IMG/VR virus record: IMGVR_UViG_3300029319_000021
Direction: 5' to 3' (one strand)
Source of the DNA: an uncultured virus (IMG/VR IMGVR_UViG_3300029319_000021)
Lineage: Duplodnaviria; Heunggongvirae; Uroviricota; Caudoviricetes
DNA: 20,000 nt
The notes beneath the pieces were generated by a model. It was not told where the DNA came from. It searched no databases and saw only the letters and a list, made by a program, of their open reading frames with translations. The position numbers and the translations under genes were made by a program. The first letter of the stretch is position 1, and each line of letters opens with the position of its first letter. Positions 9,894-17,540 of this stretch are shown here, piece after piece.

Positions 9894-10846
9894 GAGACAC
9901 GATTTTATTTGGAGATTGTAGAGATACACTCACACAATTTGATGAACAGGCAAGAATGTGTGTTACATCCCCACCTTACTATGGTCTAAGAGACTATGGA
10001 GGGGAGGAGTCACAAATTGGTATGGAACAAACACCAGAGGAATATATTGATGAAATGGTCAAAGTATTCAGATTAGTGAGAGATTGTCTTACTGATGATG
10101 GCACACTATGGTTAAATATTGGAGATAGTTATTACAATTACCGAAGTGATGGAAACTATCCTAAACAAACAGTAAGTAGAACTAGACAAGACTTACCTGT
10201 TAAAACACCCGTTAGAGGAAATAAACTAGAGGGATTAAAGAGTAAAGATCTTATTGGTATTCCTTGGATGCTTGCATTTGCTCTAAGATCTGATGGATGG
10301 TATCTCAGACAGGACATTATATGGCACAAACCAAATCCAATGCCTGAGAGTGTGAGAGATAGATGTACCAAGTCACACGAGTATATTTTCTTATTAAGTA
10401 AAAACAAGAATTACTACTACGATAATGAAGCAATCAAAGAACCCGCAAAAGATTGGGGAACAAGAGACAGAACAAACGGAAAATACCACAACGAAGGAAC
10501 AGGACTCCAACCCCATAGCGGACTTACAAAATCATATCCAACAAAAAATAAACGATCTGTCTGGTCAGTAACTAAGAAACCATATAAAGGAGCTCATTTT
10601 GCTACATTTCCACCTGAGTTGATTGAACCCTGTATCAAAGCAGGAAGCGAGGAAGGAGACATCATATTAGATCCATTCATGGGATCAGGAACCACTGCTG
10701 CAGTGGCAAAATCGCTAGATAGAGACTATATTGGATGTGAGTTACATGAAGACTATGGTAGTCTAATTCAGAAAAGAGTGCAAGAATATCATCCAGTTGA
10801 AGAAGTGTCACAACAAACTACCATAAACATTTTAGATATTATATAA
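9890..10846 (+). CDS. DNA methyltransferase, N4/N6 beta class (probably N4-cytosine)
   Basis: Catalytic TSPPY near the N-terminus, then IIWHKPNPMPES, HFATFP and SAM-binding DPFMGSGTT. ATGA overlap with the helicase. Confidence 0.92.
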   Translation: MRDTILFGDCRDTLTQFDEQARMCVTSPPYYGLRDYGGEESQIGMEQTPEEYIDEMVKVFRLVRDCLTDDGTLWLNIGDSYYNYRSDGNYPKQTVSRTRQDLPVKTPVRGNKLEGLKSKDLIGIPWMLAFALRSDGWYLRQDIIWHKPNPMPESVRDRCTKSHEYIFLLSKNKNYYYDNEAIKEPAKDWGTRDRTNGKYHNEGTGLQPHSGLTKSYPTKNKRSVWSVTKKPYKGAHFATFPPELIEPCIKAGSEEGDIILDPFMGSGTTAAVAKSLDRDYIGCELHEDYGSLIQKRVQEYHPVEEVSQQTTINILDII

Positions 10847-10847
10847 T
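10790..10847 (+). promoter_or_regulatory. Early promoter element B (palindromic box + -10) inside the MTase 3' end
   Basis: CCAGTTGAAGAAGTGTCACAA (10793-10813) and TATAAT (10842-10847) at about the same spacing as the other copies. No hairpin. Confidence 0.6.
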
Positions 10848-10873
10848 ATGTACATATCAAAGGAGGAACCCTA

Positions 10874-11011
10874 ATGCGTTGTGAAGTTAAATTGTATGTT
10901 GCAGGTACAGTCTTTTATGAAGATGTATATGCAAAAGATTATAGAGAAGCCAAGCAAGTAGCTCTTGCTCGTAATCCAAATGCCACTGTTGTGAGTGTTA
11001 ATGCCAGATGA
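10874..11011 (+). CDS. Small hypothetical protein, 45 aa (MRCEVKLYVAGTVFYEDVYAKDYREAKQVALARNPNATVVSVNAR)
   Basis: Translated by hand. Strong SD AGGAGG at 10861-10866, downstream of promoter B, ATGA-coupled to the next ORF. Confidence 0.8.
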   Translation: MRCEVKLYVAGTVFYEDVYAKDYREAKQVALARNPNATVVSVNAR

Positions 11012-11187
11012 AATTAACACAAGAAGTAATTGATAAAATTCAATTAGCAATGACTCATACCAAGATGAATGGTGAAACCAACTGGAAAGATGGTGATGAG
11101 ATTGATGTTTGTTTAGGTGGTACATTTGCAGGTGATAAATTTATCAGCATCATAAACAGAACAAGAAGCAGTACTAGAAAAACATGA
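11008..11187 (+). CDS. Small hypothetical protein, 59 aa (MKLTQEVIDKIQLAMTHTK...NWKDGDEIDVCLGGTFAGDKFISIINR...)
   Basis: Translated by hand. ATGA overlap and tight packing. Confidence 0.75.
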   Translation: MKLTQEVIDKIQLAMTHTKMNGETNWKDGDEIDVCLGGTFAGDKFISIINRTRSSTRKT

Positions 11188-11190
11188 GAT

Positions 11191-11370
11191 ATGCGAATGA
11201 ACAATGAAACTAAATTAGTTTTTGCTCTTGAACATATTGCACATCTTGAGGATTTGATTAAGGGTAATGATTGGGAAGAATTTCTTATTCAACCCTTATC
11301 AACTATGAAGTATGAATTTTTAAGACAATTAAAGGATGAGCAGTACAGAAAGAAAACCAAGAAAAACTAA
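11191..11370 (+). CDS. Small hypothetical protein, 59 aa (MRMNNETKLVFALEHIAHLEDLIKGNDWEEFL...)
   Basis: Translated by hand. Fills the gap between neighbouring ORFs. Confidence 0.7.
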   Translation: MRMNNETKLVFALEHIAHLEDLIKGNDWEEFLIQPLSTMKYEFLRQLKDEQYRKKTKKN

Positions 11371-11560
11371 CTATCAAACCTTTTATAAGGATGCGATAGC
11401 AAATAAGAAAGGATACGTAACTAAAGACGGTATGTGGGCTGCTATACCATCCAACGGAAAGAAATTTGCTATTGTTCATAATGGAGAAGTAGTACACTTC
11501 TCAAGAAACTATGACAGTGCCATGAACTACATACTGAAACAATCTAAGAAATCCAAATGA
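11336..11560 (+). CDS. Hypothetical basic protein
   Basis: ORF track. Tight operon-like packing. Confidence 0.7.
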   Translation: MSSTERKPRKTNYQTFYKDAIANKKGYVTKDGMWAAIPSNGKKFAIVHNGEVVHFSRNYDSAMNYILKQSKKSK

Positions 11561-11769
11561 GTGAAACTAAACAAGATAAATGGGATCGTGGGAAGACCCT
11601 TTTTCTTGAATCTGTTTATAAACCCGATGTTAAATTGAGAGGATGTGCTCACAATCAAGAATGTTTCCATGAACTGATGGAAATAAGGGATCAGGTTATT
11701 GGCATGGTAAAGGCAATGAAGAATCCACATAGTCCACAAACACCAAGTGAGTATTATTATGAAGATTGA
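11557..11769 (+). CDS. Hypothetical protein
   Basis: ORF track. ATGA overlap with the previous gene. Confidence 0.75.
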   Translation: MSETKQDKWDRGKTLFLESVYKPDVKLRGCAHNQECFHELMEIRDQVIGMVKAMKNPHSPQTPSEYYYED

Positions 11770-12067
11770 TACACAAGGAATGAGTCTATCTCTTGATTCT
11801 AATTACAAAGAGACAAAATCAGTAGATGAGCAAAGAGAAGAGATTTCTAAAGCAATCATCCAACCAACAAGATTATTCACTCCTGAGTATGTTAAGGAGA
11901 TGAAAATTCTTATCAATGAAGTGTTAGATGAACGTGAGTACAATAAGAAGATGAAAGGTGCATATGATATTGGTGGGTATGAACTACCACCGTCATATTT
12001 TGATACAGAACATTTTAAACATGTAATTGGTGAACCAGAGCCAGAGTATAAAGATTGGAGTCAATAA
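11759..12067 (+). CDS. Hypothetical protein
   Basis: The track starts at GTG 11747, but ATG 11759 (MKIDTQGMS) is the more plausible start. Confidence 0.7.
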   Translation: MKIDTQGMSLSLDSNYKETKSVDEQREEISKAIIQPTRLFTPEYVKEMKILINEVLDEREYNKKMKGAYDIGGYELPPSYFDTEHFKHVIGEPEPEYKDWSQ

Positions 12068-12155
12068 ATTAAGCACCAATTTGTGTGTGTTAGATGACAA
12101 ATAAAATATAATTTTTCTCAATTAAAATATATAATGAGAACTATTAGATTATCTT

Positions 12156-12458
12156 ATGCTATCAACAAAATATCGTCTTCGGCTTGAATCAATTTGTAAA
12201 TCAATTGCAGCAGGAACTGAAGTTAGTTTAGAGGACATGATATGGGCAGAGAAGTTGGCAAAGGCAAATACGAGTGCGAGAGGGATGATAAAACAAGCAA
12301 GAAGAATAAAGACGAATCCGAACGATTCTTTTTTGAATAACTTGAATATAGGAGACTCCGATTCAAGTGGTAAACAAGTAAGGGGTTTCAATAGTCCAGA
12401 TGAAATGTACGATTGGTTTCGACCAGATAGGTCAGATGACTGGCGACAACGTGACTAG
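12156..12458 (+). CDS. Hypothetical cyanophage protein (MLSTKYRLRLESICK...)
   Basis: 100-aa ORF on the coding strand with phage-like codon usage. Confidence 0.8.
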   Translation: MLSTKYRLRLESICKSIAAGTEVSLEDMIWAEKLAKANTSARGMIKQARRIKTNPNDSFLNNLNIGDSDSSGKQVRGFNSPDEMYDWFRPDRSDDWRQRD

Positions 12459-12491
12459 GTATATGTGCGTAGGCATAAATTTTTGTTAAAA

Positions 12492-12536
12492 TGTATCAGC
12501 AAATACAGACATTTTTTGTCTAAATAATGATAGAAT
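12492..12536 (+). promoter_or_regulatory. NtcA-type box with extended -10
   Basis: TGTA-TCAGCAAA-TACA (GTA-N8-TAC, 12493-12506) in intergenic DNA. TGA-TAGAAT -10 (12531-12536) lies 24 nt downstream. Confidence 0.55.
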
Positions 12537-12591
12537 TAGGAGAACAAGATGATCTGAATCTCTTTGTTATTGTAGTTCATTGGAGACAATT

Positions 12592-12750
12592 ATGCACAAC
12601 TTAATACCATTTAATCAATTAGCTGGATCGAAACATGAAGAAACATATGATCCACATCAAGATTTAATCACGGAATACTACGAGTGCCTAATTGACTGTG
12701 ATAAAGACCAACATGTTTGTAAACGTATATGTAGGGAGGTTTTAATTTAA
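12592..12750 (+). CDS. Small Cys-motif protein, 52 aa (MHNLIPFNQLAG...EYYECLIDCDKDQHVCKRICREVLI)
   Basis: Translated by hand. SD GGAG at 12582-12585. Twin CxxxC motifs. Confidence 0.75.
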   Translation: MHNLIPFNQLAGSKHEETYDPHQDLITEYYECLIDCDKDQHVCKRICREVLI

Positions 12751-12819
12751 AACAATTACACGTCTATTCTAACAAACAAATGATAAAGTATCAGCATCCA
12801 CCGTAAAGGTAATTAAATA

Positions 12820-12861
12820 GTCACACTAACCCTTGACACAATGTGTCAGGGGTTTTATAAT
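12820..12861 (+). promoter_or_regulatory. Sigma70 promoter with stem-loop (PeSL-like) C
   Basis: GTCAC half-box. 12-bp hairpin AACCCTTGACAC-aat-GTGTCAGGGGTT. Perfect TTGACA (12833-12838), 17 nt spacer, TATAAT (12856-12861). Confidence 0.85.
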
Positions 12862-12881
12862 ATTAAGGAACTAAAAGATAT

Positions 12882-13526
12882 ATGAGTCATTATAGAAAAG
12901 CACTATTTCCAATACACATTTATCAGACACATATAAAAGAGAATGAATTGATAAAAGATGAATTGTCAAATAACATTGAAAAATATGTTAAAGATAAATC
13001 ATTGAAAATTCCTGATGGTTGGCTTACAGATAGTCTACAAACATCATATGATTTTAGTACTGCTAATATAGAATTATTTGATACTAATAGTATTGTTCAT
13101 GATTATTATAAGAAATATCTCTATAAGATGTTTGATAAACCAGTAGAGTTAATTATAAGCGATATGTGGTTTAATTATTATTCAAACGGTGAGTATCAAG
13201 AACCACATCATCACATTAATAGTCTTTCTGTCACTAATAGACAAGCACATTTTTCATGTATTCATTATTTAAAATTTAATGAGAATGTACATGAACCAGC
13301 AATATTTTTTGATCCACTTGCATTAACAAGATGTCACTCTATAGAGTTGGATTCTAATAACTATAATGAAAGATATGTTCCAAATGTAAAAGAAGGAACT
13401 TTAATGATGTTTCCTTCTTATCTTGAACATTATGTATCAAAAAATGCACCGACTCCCGATGATCCAAGAGTAACGATTGCATTTAATATTATACTAACAA
13501 AATATGGAGATGATGATGGAAATTAA
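12882..13526 (+). CDS. 2OG-Fe(II) oxygenase superfamily protein (TIGR02466-like)
   Basis: LFPIHIY start, MWFNYY, QEPHHH, FSCIHYL, EGTLMMFPSYLEHYV, RVTIAFN. Confidence 0.85.
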   Translation: MSHYRKALFPIHIYQTHIKENELIKDELSNNIEKYVKDKSLKIPDGWLTDSLQTSYDFSTANIELFDTNSIVHDYYKKYLYKMFDKPVELIISDMWFNYYSNGEYQEPHHHINSLSVTNRQAHFSCIHYLKFNENVHEPAIFFDPLALTRCHSIELDSNNYNERYVPNVKEGTLMMFPSYLEHYVSKNAPTPDDPRVTIAFNIILTKYGDDDGN

Positions 13527-13998
13527 TTATAAGGATAAATTTTTTAATGAAACGGAACATAATATTATTAATCAATATTGTATAGGTGCATCATATCAAT
13601 ATGGTGAGGTAGATAATACTGAAACACCATGCACAGGAATGATTCATAATATACCTGAGACTGAGTTTGTACATAAACTATTTCGTAAGAAGTTGAGTGA
13701 TGAGTATAAAGAAGTCACGACTGATATGAAATTGTACAGGATGTATATTAATTGTTTTGCACCGAGTGAGAATCCATATTTTCATACTGATGGTGAGAAT
13801 GGCATTACATTTTTATACTATCCGAATATGAATTGGGATCTACAGGAAGGTGGAGAGACACAATTTTATATTAATGATGACATCTATGGCATTACACCAG
13901 TACCAAATAGAATAGTTATTTTTAGTGCAAATATAAAACACAGAGCTACAACATTTAGGAATAATCATCGCTTCACTGTTGCTGTTAAATATGCATGA
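13516..13998 (+). CDS. 2OG-Fe(II) oxygenase
   Basis: FHTD (HxD), TFLYYPN, GGETQF, PNRIVIF..IKHRA, RFTVAVK. Start chosen from SD GGAG at 13506-13509; alternatives are 13504-13513. Confidence 0.88.
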   Translation: MEINYKDKFFNETEHNIINQYCIGASYQYGEVDNTETPCTGMIHNIPETEFVHKLFRKKLSDEYKEVTTDMKLYRMYINCFAPSENPYFHTDGENGITFLYYPNMNWDLQEGGETQFYINDDIYGITPVPNRIVIFSANIKHRATTFRNNHRFTVAVKYA

Positions 13999-14005
13999 AT
14001 AAATA
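13999..14005 (+). promoter_or_regulatory. Late promoter-like ATAAATA
   Basis: Immediately upstream of the glycine-rich structural-type gene. Confidence 0.5.
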
Positions 14006-14031
14006 TATAATAAAGAACGTAACATAATATA

Positions 14032-15351
14032 ATGGCAGTAACCATTTCAGCACCAAAATACTTTACTGGAACTGGACCAATTAAATTTAGTGAGATAAGA
14101 GATACATTTGGTGATTTACCAGGAACTAATGTGCGTATATCAGATTATAAACGTAATTCTGATGCTTGCGTTGATTGGGATGAAGATAATACTATAACTC
14201 CACGTGTTCCTGATGCAACTGAAAATGCTCAATTACCCGATATTGATGAGAATATACAATTACAGGACTATCGTAATACGATTAGAGAATACGATGTAAC
14301 ACAAACAGGAAGTGAGGAAGAGAGAGTATATACTGATGGAAATGAGGCTGACTGGAATAATAATTTGAGTAAGAATGTCAATAAAGATTATAATGTAACT
14401 GGTACAATTTATTCAAATGAGACAAGTAAATATGCACTAACATTTCAAGAAGGTGTTTATAATAATTTGTATATCAATGTAAGTGGAAATATCTACGGTG
14501 AAGGTGGAGCTGCTGGTGGTGGAAATGGTGGTGGTGCATTGTATATAAAAAACACATTCATTTGTGATAAAGTAACATTAAGTATTGCTAATAATGGTAA
14601 GATATGGGCAGGTGGAGGTGGTGGTATTGATGGTAATGCTGGTAAAAATCCAAAAGCAATAACTTGTACAGAAACAAAAGCATGGAACGCTAAAAATGCA
14701 GTAGGTAATACTCATTTATGTAATGACAAAAATAATAATGGTTGTAATCGCCCACTAGCTGTATGTAAAGCAAATGATGCAGATGTTGGTAATCTTGTTA
14801 ATGAGACTAATAAAAATAGAGCATCCAACAAAATTGTTGACAGCACTGTATCTTGGAATAAAGCAATAAACAAAGGTGGAAATAGAGGTAGATGTAGGCA
14901 TACCGATCCGAAGCAAGGAATAGGTAGGGGTAGTATCAACGTTGGAGATGTGAAGAATTATGCTGATAGACAGAAAGGATATCAATGCACCACGAAATGG
15001 GAGATGGTATGTTACGGTGATGCCGAGTATACTGTAAACCCAGTTGCAGGAGTAAATCGTGGTGGAAATGGAGGAAATGGAGGTTCGGGAAAAGGATTTA
15101 CGAATCGTAATGTTGCAATGAACGCTTCTCCTCATAAAGGTAATGATGGTGGTGCCAAAGGAACTTGCGTTAAGTGTCCTAATACAGATACAAAATCATG
15201 TGGTAAGGCTGGTAATCCTGGTAATTCAGGTGGAGACTGGGGACAGCAAGGTGGATCTGGTGGATCTGGTGGTATAGCAATTCATAGGAAAGGAATAAAT
15301 CTTATTGGTAGAAGTGATGATACTGTAAAAGGAAATGTAGTTAGTATTTGA
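14032..15351 (+). CDS. Glycine-rich tail-tip adhesin-like protein (T-even gp38-like) with Cys-rich insert
   Basis: GNIYGEGG..GGGALYIKN, IANNGKIWAGGGGG, GGNGGNGGSG and terminal GGSGGIAI...VKGNV resemble the conserved gp38 glycine-rich motifs. 12 Cys. Confidence 0.6.
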   Translation: MAVTISAPKYFTGTGPIKFSEIRDTFGDLPGTNVRISDYKRNSDACVDWDEDNTITPRVPDATENAQLPDIDENIQLQDYRNTIREYDVTQTGSEEERVYTDGNEADWNNNLSKNVNKDYNVTGTIYSNETSKYALTFQEGVYNNLYINVSGNIYGEGGAAGGGNGGGALYIKNTFICDKVTLSIANNGKIWAGGGGGIDGNAGKNPKAITCTETKAWNAKNAVGNTHLCNDKNNNGCNRPLAVCKANDADVGNLVNETNKNRASNKIVDSTVSWNKAINKGGNRGRCRHTDPKQGIGRGSINVGDVKNYADRQKGYQCTTKWEMVCYGDAEYTVNPVAGVNRGGNGGNGGSGKGFTNRNVAMNASPHKGNDGGAKGTCVKCPNTDTKSCGKAGNPGNSGGDWGQQGGSGGSGGIAIHRKGINLIGRSDDTVKGNVVSI

Positions 15352-15372
15352 TTTATATGGTATAATATTATT

Positions 15373-15708
15373 ATGGATAAAGTGAAACTATCTGATGTCA
15401 TTTTTCATTTCATGGAACTGTTCTTTTTAGAAGAAGCAAGTGGTCGTGTATGGGGTGCATCATCTAATTGTATTAAAGAGCGATGGAAATTATGTGAGGC
15501 ATGTGAGCACTATGATGAACCTGAAGAAGGGTGTAAGTATTGTATGTGTTATTTACCGAACAAGATAAAAGATCCTTTCGGTGAATGTCCACTAGATAAA
15601 TGGACAGCAAATTCAGAACAATGGAATGAAACTGATTATGAAATTGTTAAACAAAGAGTCATTGAATTATATCCAGAAATGGAGGATTATATAAATGGAA
15701 AAGATTGA
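15373..15708 (+). CDS. Small Cys-rich, probable metal-binding protein (DUF6171-like)
   Basis: RWKLCEACEH...GCKYCMCYLPNK...CPLDKW pattern. TGG-TATAAT at 15358-15366 upstream. Confidence 0.75.
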   Translation: MDKVKLSDVIFHFMELFFLEEASGRVWGASSNCIKERWKLCEACEHYDEPEEGCKYCMCYLPNKIKDPFGECPLDKWTANSEQWNETDYEIVKQRVIELYPEMEDYINGKD

Positions 15709-16291
15709 ATTAACTGGAGAATACAGTGATTTTATTGGTTCATATTCATGTGCCTATAACTCTGAGTTCTGTAGTGAGGTAATTAATGCCTTTGACTATT
15801 ATACATCAATGGATGCTGTTTATTGTGAAGATGGACAGTTTGAAAATTGTAATGCGGGAAGATTTGATTATGCAATAGACATGCAAGACATGACTCCAAC
15901 AATGAAAGGAGAACCATTATTAACATTAAATCAAACATTACAGAATAGTCTGGATGAATATACGAGAGTCTTTGGACATTTAAAAAGTGTTCCGTTGTAT
16001 AGTTGTGTGCAGAAAGTACAAATGACACCAGCTGGAGGAGGATATCATGTATGGCACGATGAAAATAGTGGATTACAACATTCAAATAGATGTTTAGTAT
16101 GGATGATATATTTGAATGATGATTTTAAGGGAGGAGAGACTGAATTTTTATATTACAAGAAAAGAATAAAAGCAGAGAAAGGAAAGTTATTAATATGGCC
16201 AGCAGGTATGACACATGCACATAGAGGAGGATTAGTACTAGAGAAAACAAAGTATATTGTAACTGGATGGTTCTATCTTGCTAATTTTTAA
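15695..16291 (+). CDS. 2OG-Fe(II) oxygenase (prolyl-4-hydroxylase-like)
   Basis: GYHVWHDE (HxE), LVWMIYLNDDFKGGETEF, WPAGMTHAHRG, KYIVTGW. Confidence 0.9.
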   Translation: MEKIELTGEYSDFIGSYSCAYNSEFCSEVINAFDYYTSMDAVYCEDGQFENCNAGRFDYAIDMQDMTPTMKGEPLLTLNQTLQNSLDEYTRVFGHLKSVPLYSCVQKVQMTPAGGGYHVWHDENSGLQHSNRCLVWMIYLNDDFKGGETEFLYYKKRIKAEKGKLLIWPAGMTHAHRGGLVLEKTKYIVTGWFYLANF

Positions 16292-16323
16292 TAAATAATA
16301 TGTAAAGAAATCAACACAATCCA

Positions 16324-16473
16324 ATGTTATCCGATAAAAAAGCAGCAAAGAGAATTATTAAGATTGCTAAATGTTGCCCAGAGTATTATTCTAATGAAGA
16401 AGTATCATATGCTAAAATATACAAAAGAAATCTAAAAAATGGAAAACAACAGTCTAAAAGTAAATCAGAATAA
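16324..16473 (+). CDS. Small basic hypothetical protein, 49 aa (MLSDKKAAKRIIKIAKCCPEYYSNEEVSYAK...)
   Basis: Translated by hand. Follows ATAAATA at 16291-16297. Confidence 0.6.
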   Translation: MLSDKKAAKRIIKIAKCCPEYYSNEEVSYAKIYKRNLKNGKQQSKSKSE

Positions 16474-16612
16474 AGATGGGTCATACACGTTAGAGTGGGA
16501 TAGAAAAGATCCTAACTGGAAATGGTTAAACAACTTGACAACTAAAGAGATACAAGTTATTATTGAAAAAGCTGTTCAATACGACAAGAATGACCGAAAA
16601 ATCAGAGTATAA
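16439..16612 (+). CDS. Small hypothetical protein, 57 aa (MENNSLKVNQNKDGSYTLEWDRKDPNWKWLNNLT...)
   Basis: Translated by hand. Overlapping packing with its neighbours. Confidence 0.7.
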   Translation: MENNSLKVNQNKDGSYTLEWDRKDPNWKWLNNLTTKEIQVIIEKAVQYDKNDRKIRV

Positions 16613-17006
16613 CTACTCTCTATTGAATCTTGAAGAATCAATACGAGAAGTTATGGAAGGTGAATTTACACCGCAAGAAGTATACGATACGATAGTTGAT
16701 TCAGTCAAGAAGAATATGAGATATTATAACGCATGTTATAATCATAGTGTAAAACTTCTTGCATTATTGAGAGGAAATACTAATAATAGTATTAAAGTAC
16801 ATGATAATATTGAGGGTGGTAGTGCAAGTGAATATACAGAAAGTCAATACTGGAATGGTGAAGTTCCTGAGCAAGAATTTGAGAAATATTTACGAAAATA
16901 TGGATATGAATACACACCAGAAATTGATACTACTAGATTTAAGTTAGATTCTCCATTTCTACATAATGAGGAGAAAGATAAGGAGAAAGACGATGGCATT
17001 AACTGA
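16590..17006 (+). CDS. Hypothetical protein
   Basis: The track starts at TTG 16563; ATG 16590 is preferred. Confidence 0.75.
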   Translation: MTEKSEYNYSLLNLEESIREVMEGEFTPQEVYDTIVDSVKKNMRYYNACYNHSVKLLALLRGNTNNSIKVHDNIEGGSASEYTESQYWNGEVPEQEFEKYLRKYGYEYTPEIDTTRFKLDSPFLHNEEKDKEKDDGIN

Positions 17007-17190
17007 TACTGTAGAGTATTCATTACGAGAAGCTCAAGAAAATTTAAGAAATGCACTTGCATTTTCAGCAAGAAATGAAAAACCATATGTATCAAAACAT
17101 ATAGCAGACATGCTTGCTAATATAGACAATATTATTAATACTGCTGATGTGTTGGAACATTTGAAAGAACTAGAACAAGATTCAGATTAA
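16993..17190 (+). CDS. Hypothetical helical protein (MALTDTVEYSLREAQENLRNALAFSAR...)
   Basis: ORF track. ATG 16993 follows AGGAG. Confidence 0.75.
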   Translation: MALTDTVEYSLREAQENLRNALAFSARNEKPYVSKHIADMLANIDNIINTADVLEHLKELEQDSD

Positions 17191-17287
17191 GTATTGAGAT
17201 ATACTAAGAGAGTCTAAAGACAATATAAAGTTTATAGATAAATTATATACCTTATGTTATAATTTCAACACATCTAGAAACGGAGCT

Positions 17288-17506
17288 ATGATTAATTTAG
17301 ACGAAAAATACCATTCTTACTTAATAGGTGAAAAAAAGTTAAGAATTGATGGAATCGAGGAGAAAGTAGTGGCATATGGATATACTGATGATGGAAGTAA
17401 TATTGATGGATATTACTTGACAACACCAAATTATAAGTTAAACTACACATTACAAGGTATATTTGTTAAAATGACAGCAATTAATCAAGTGGCTGAAGTC
17501 ATTTAA
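17288..17506 (+). CDS. Hypothetical protein
   Basis: SD GGAG at 17282-17285. TGTTATAAT extended -10 at 17255-17263. Confidence 0.75.
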   Translation: MINLDEKYHSYLIGEKKLRIDGIEEKVVAYGYTDDGSNIDGYYLTTPNYKLNYTLQGIFVKMTAINQVAEVI

Positions 17507-17540
17507 AATATATAATAATGAGGTTATTGCTCAAACTATT

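Noticed and set aside
12121..12136. AAATATATAAT motif, also near 14001 and 17506
   Set aside because: It may be a promoter, but it is too AT-rich to tell from background by eye.
1..15351. Diversity-generating retroelement targeting the fibres or adhesin
   Set aside because: No reverse transcriptase, and no template/variable repeat pair differing at adenines was seen.
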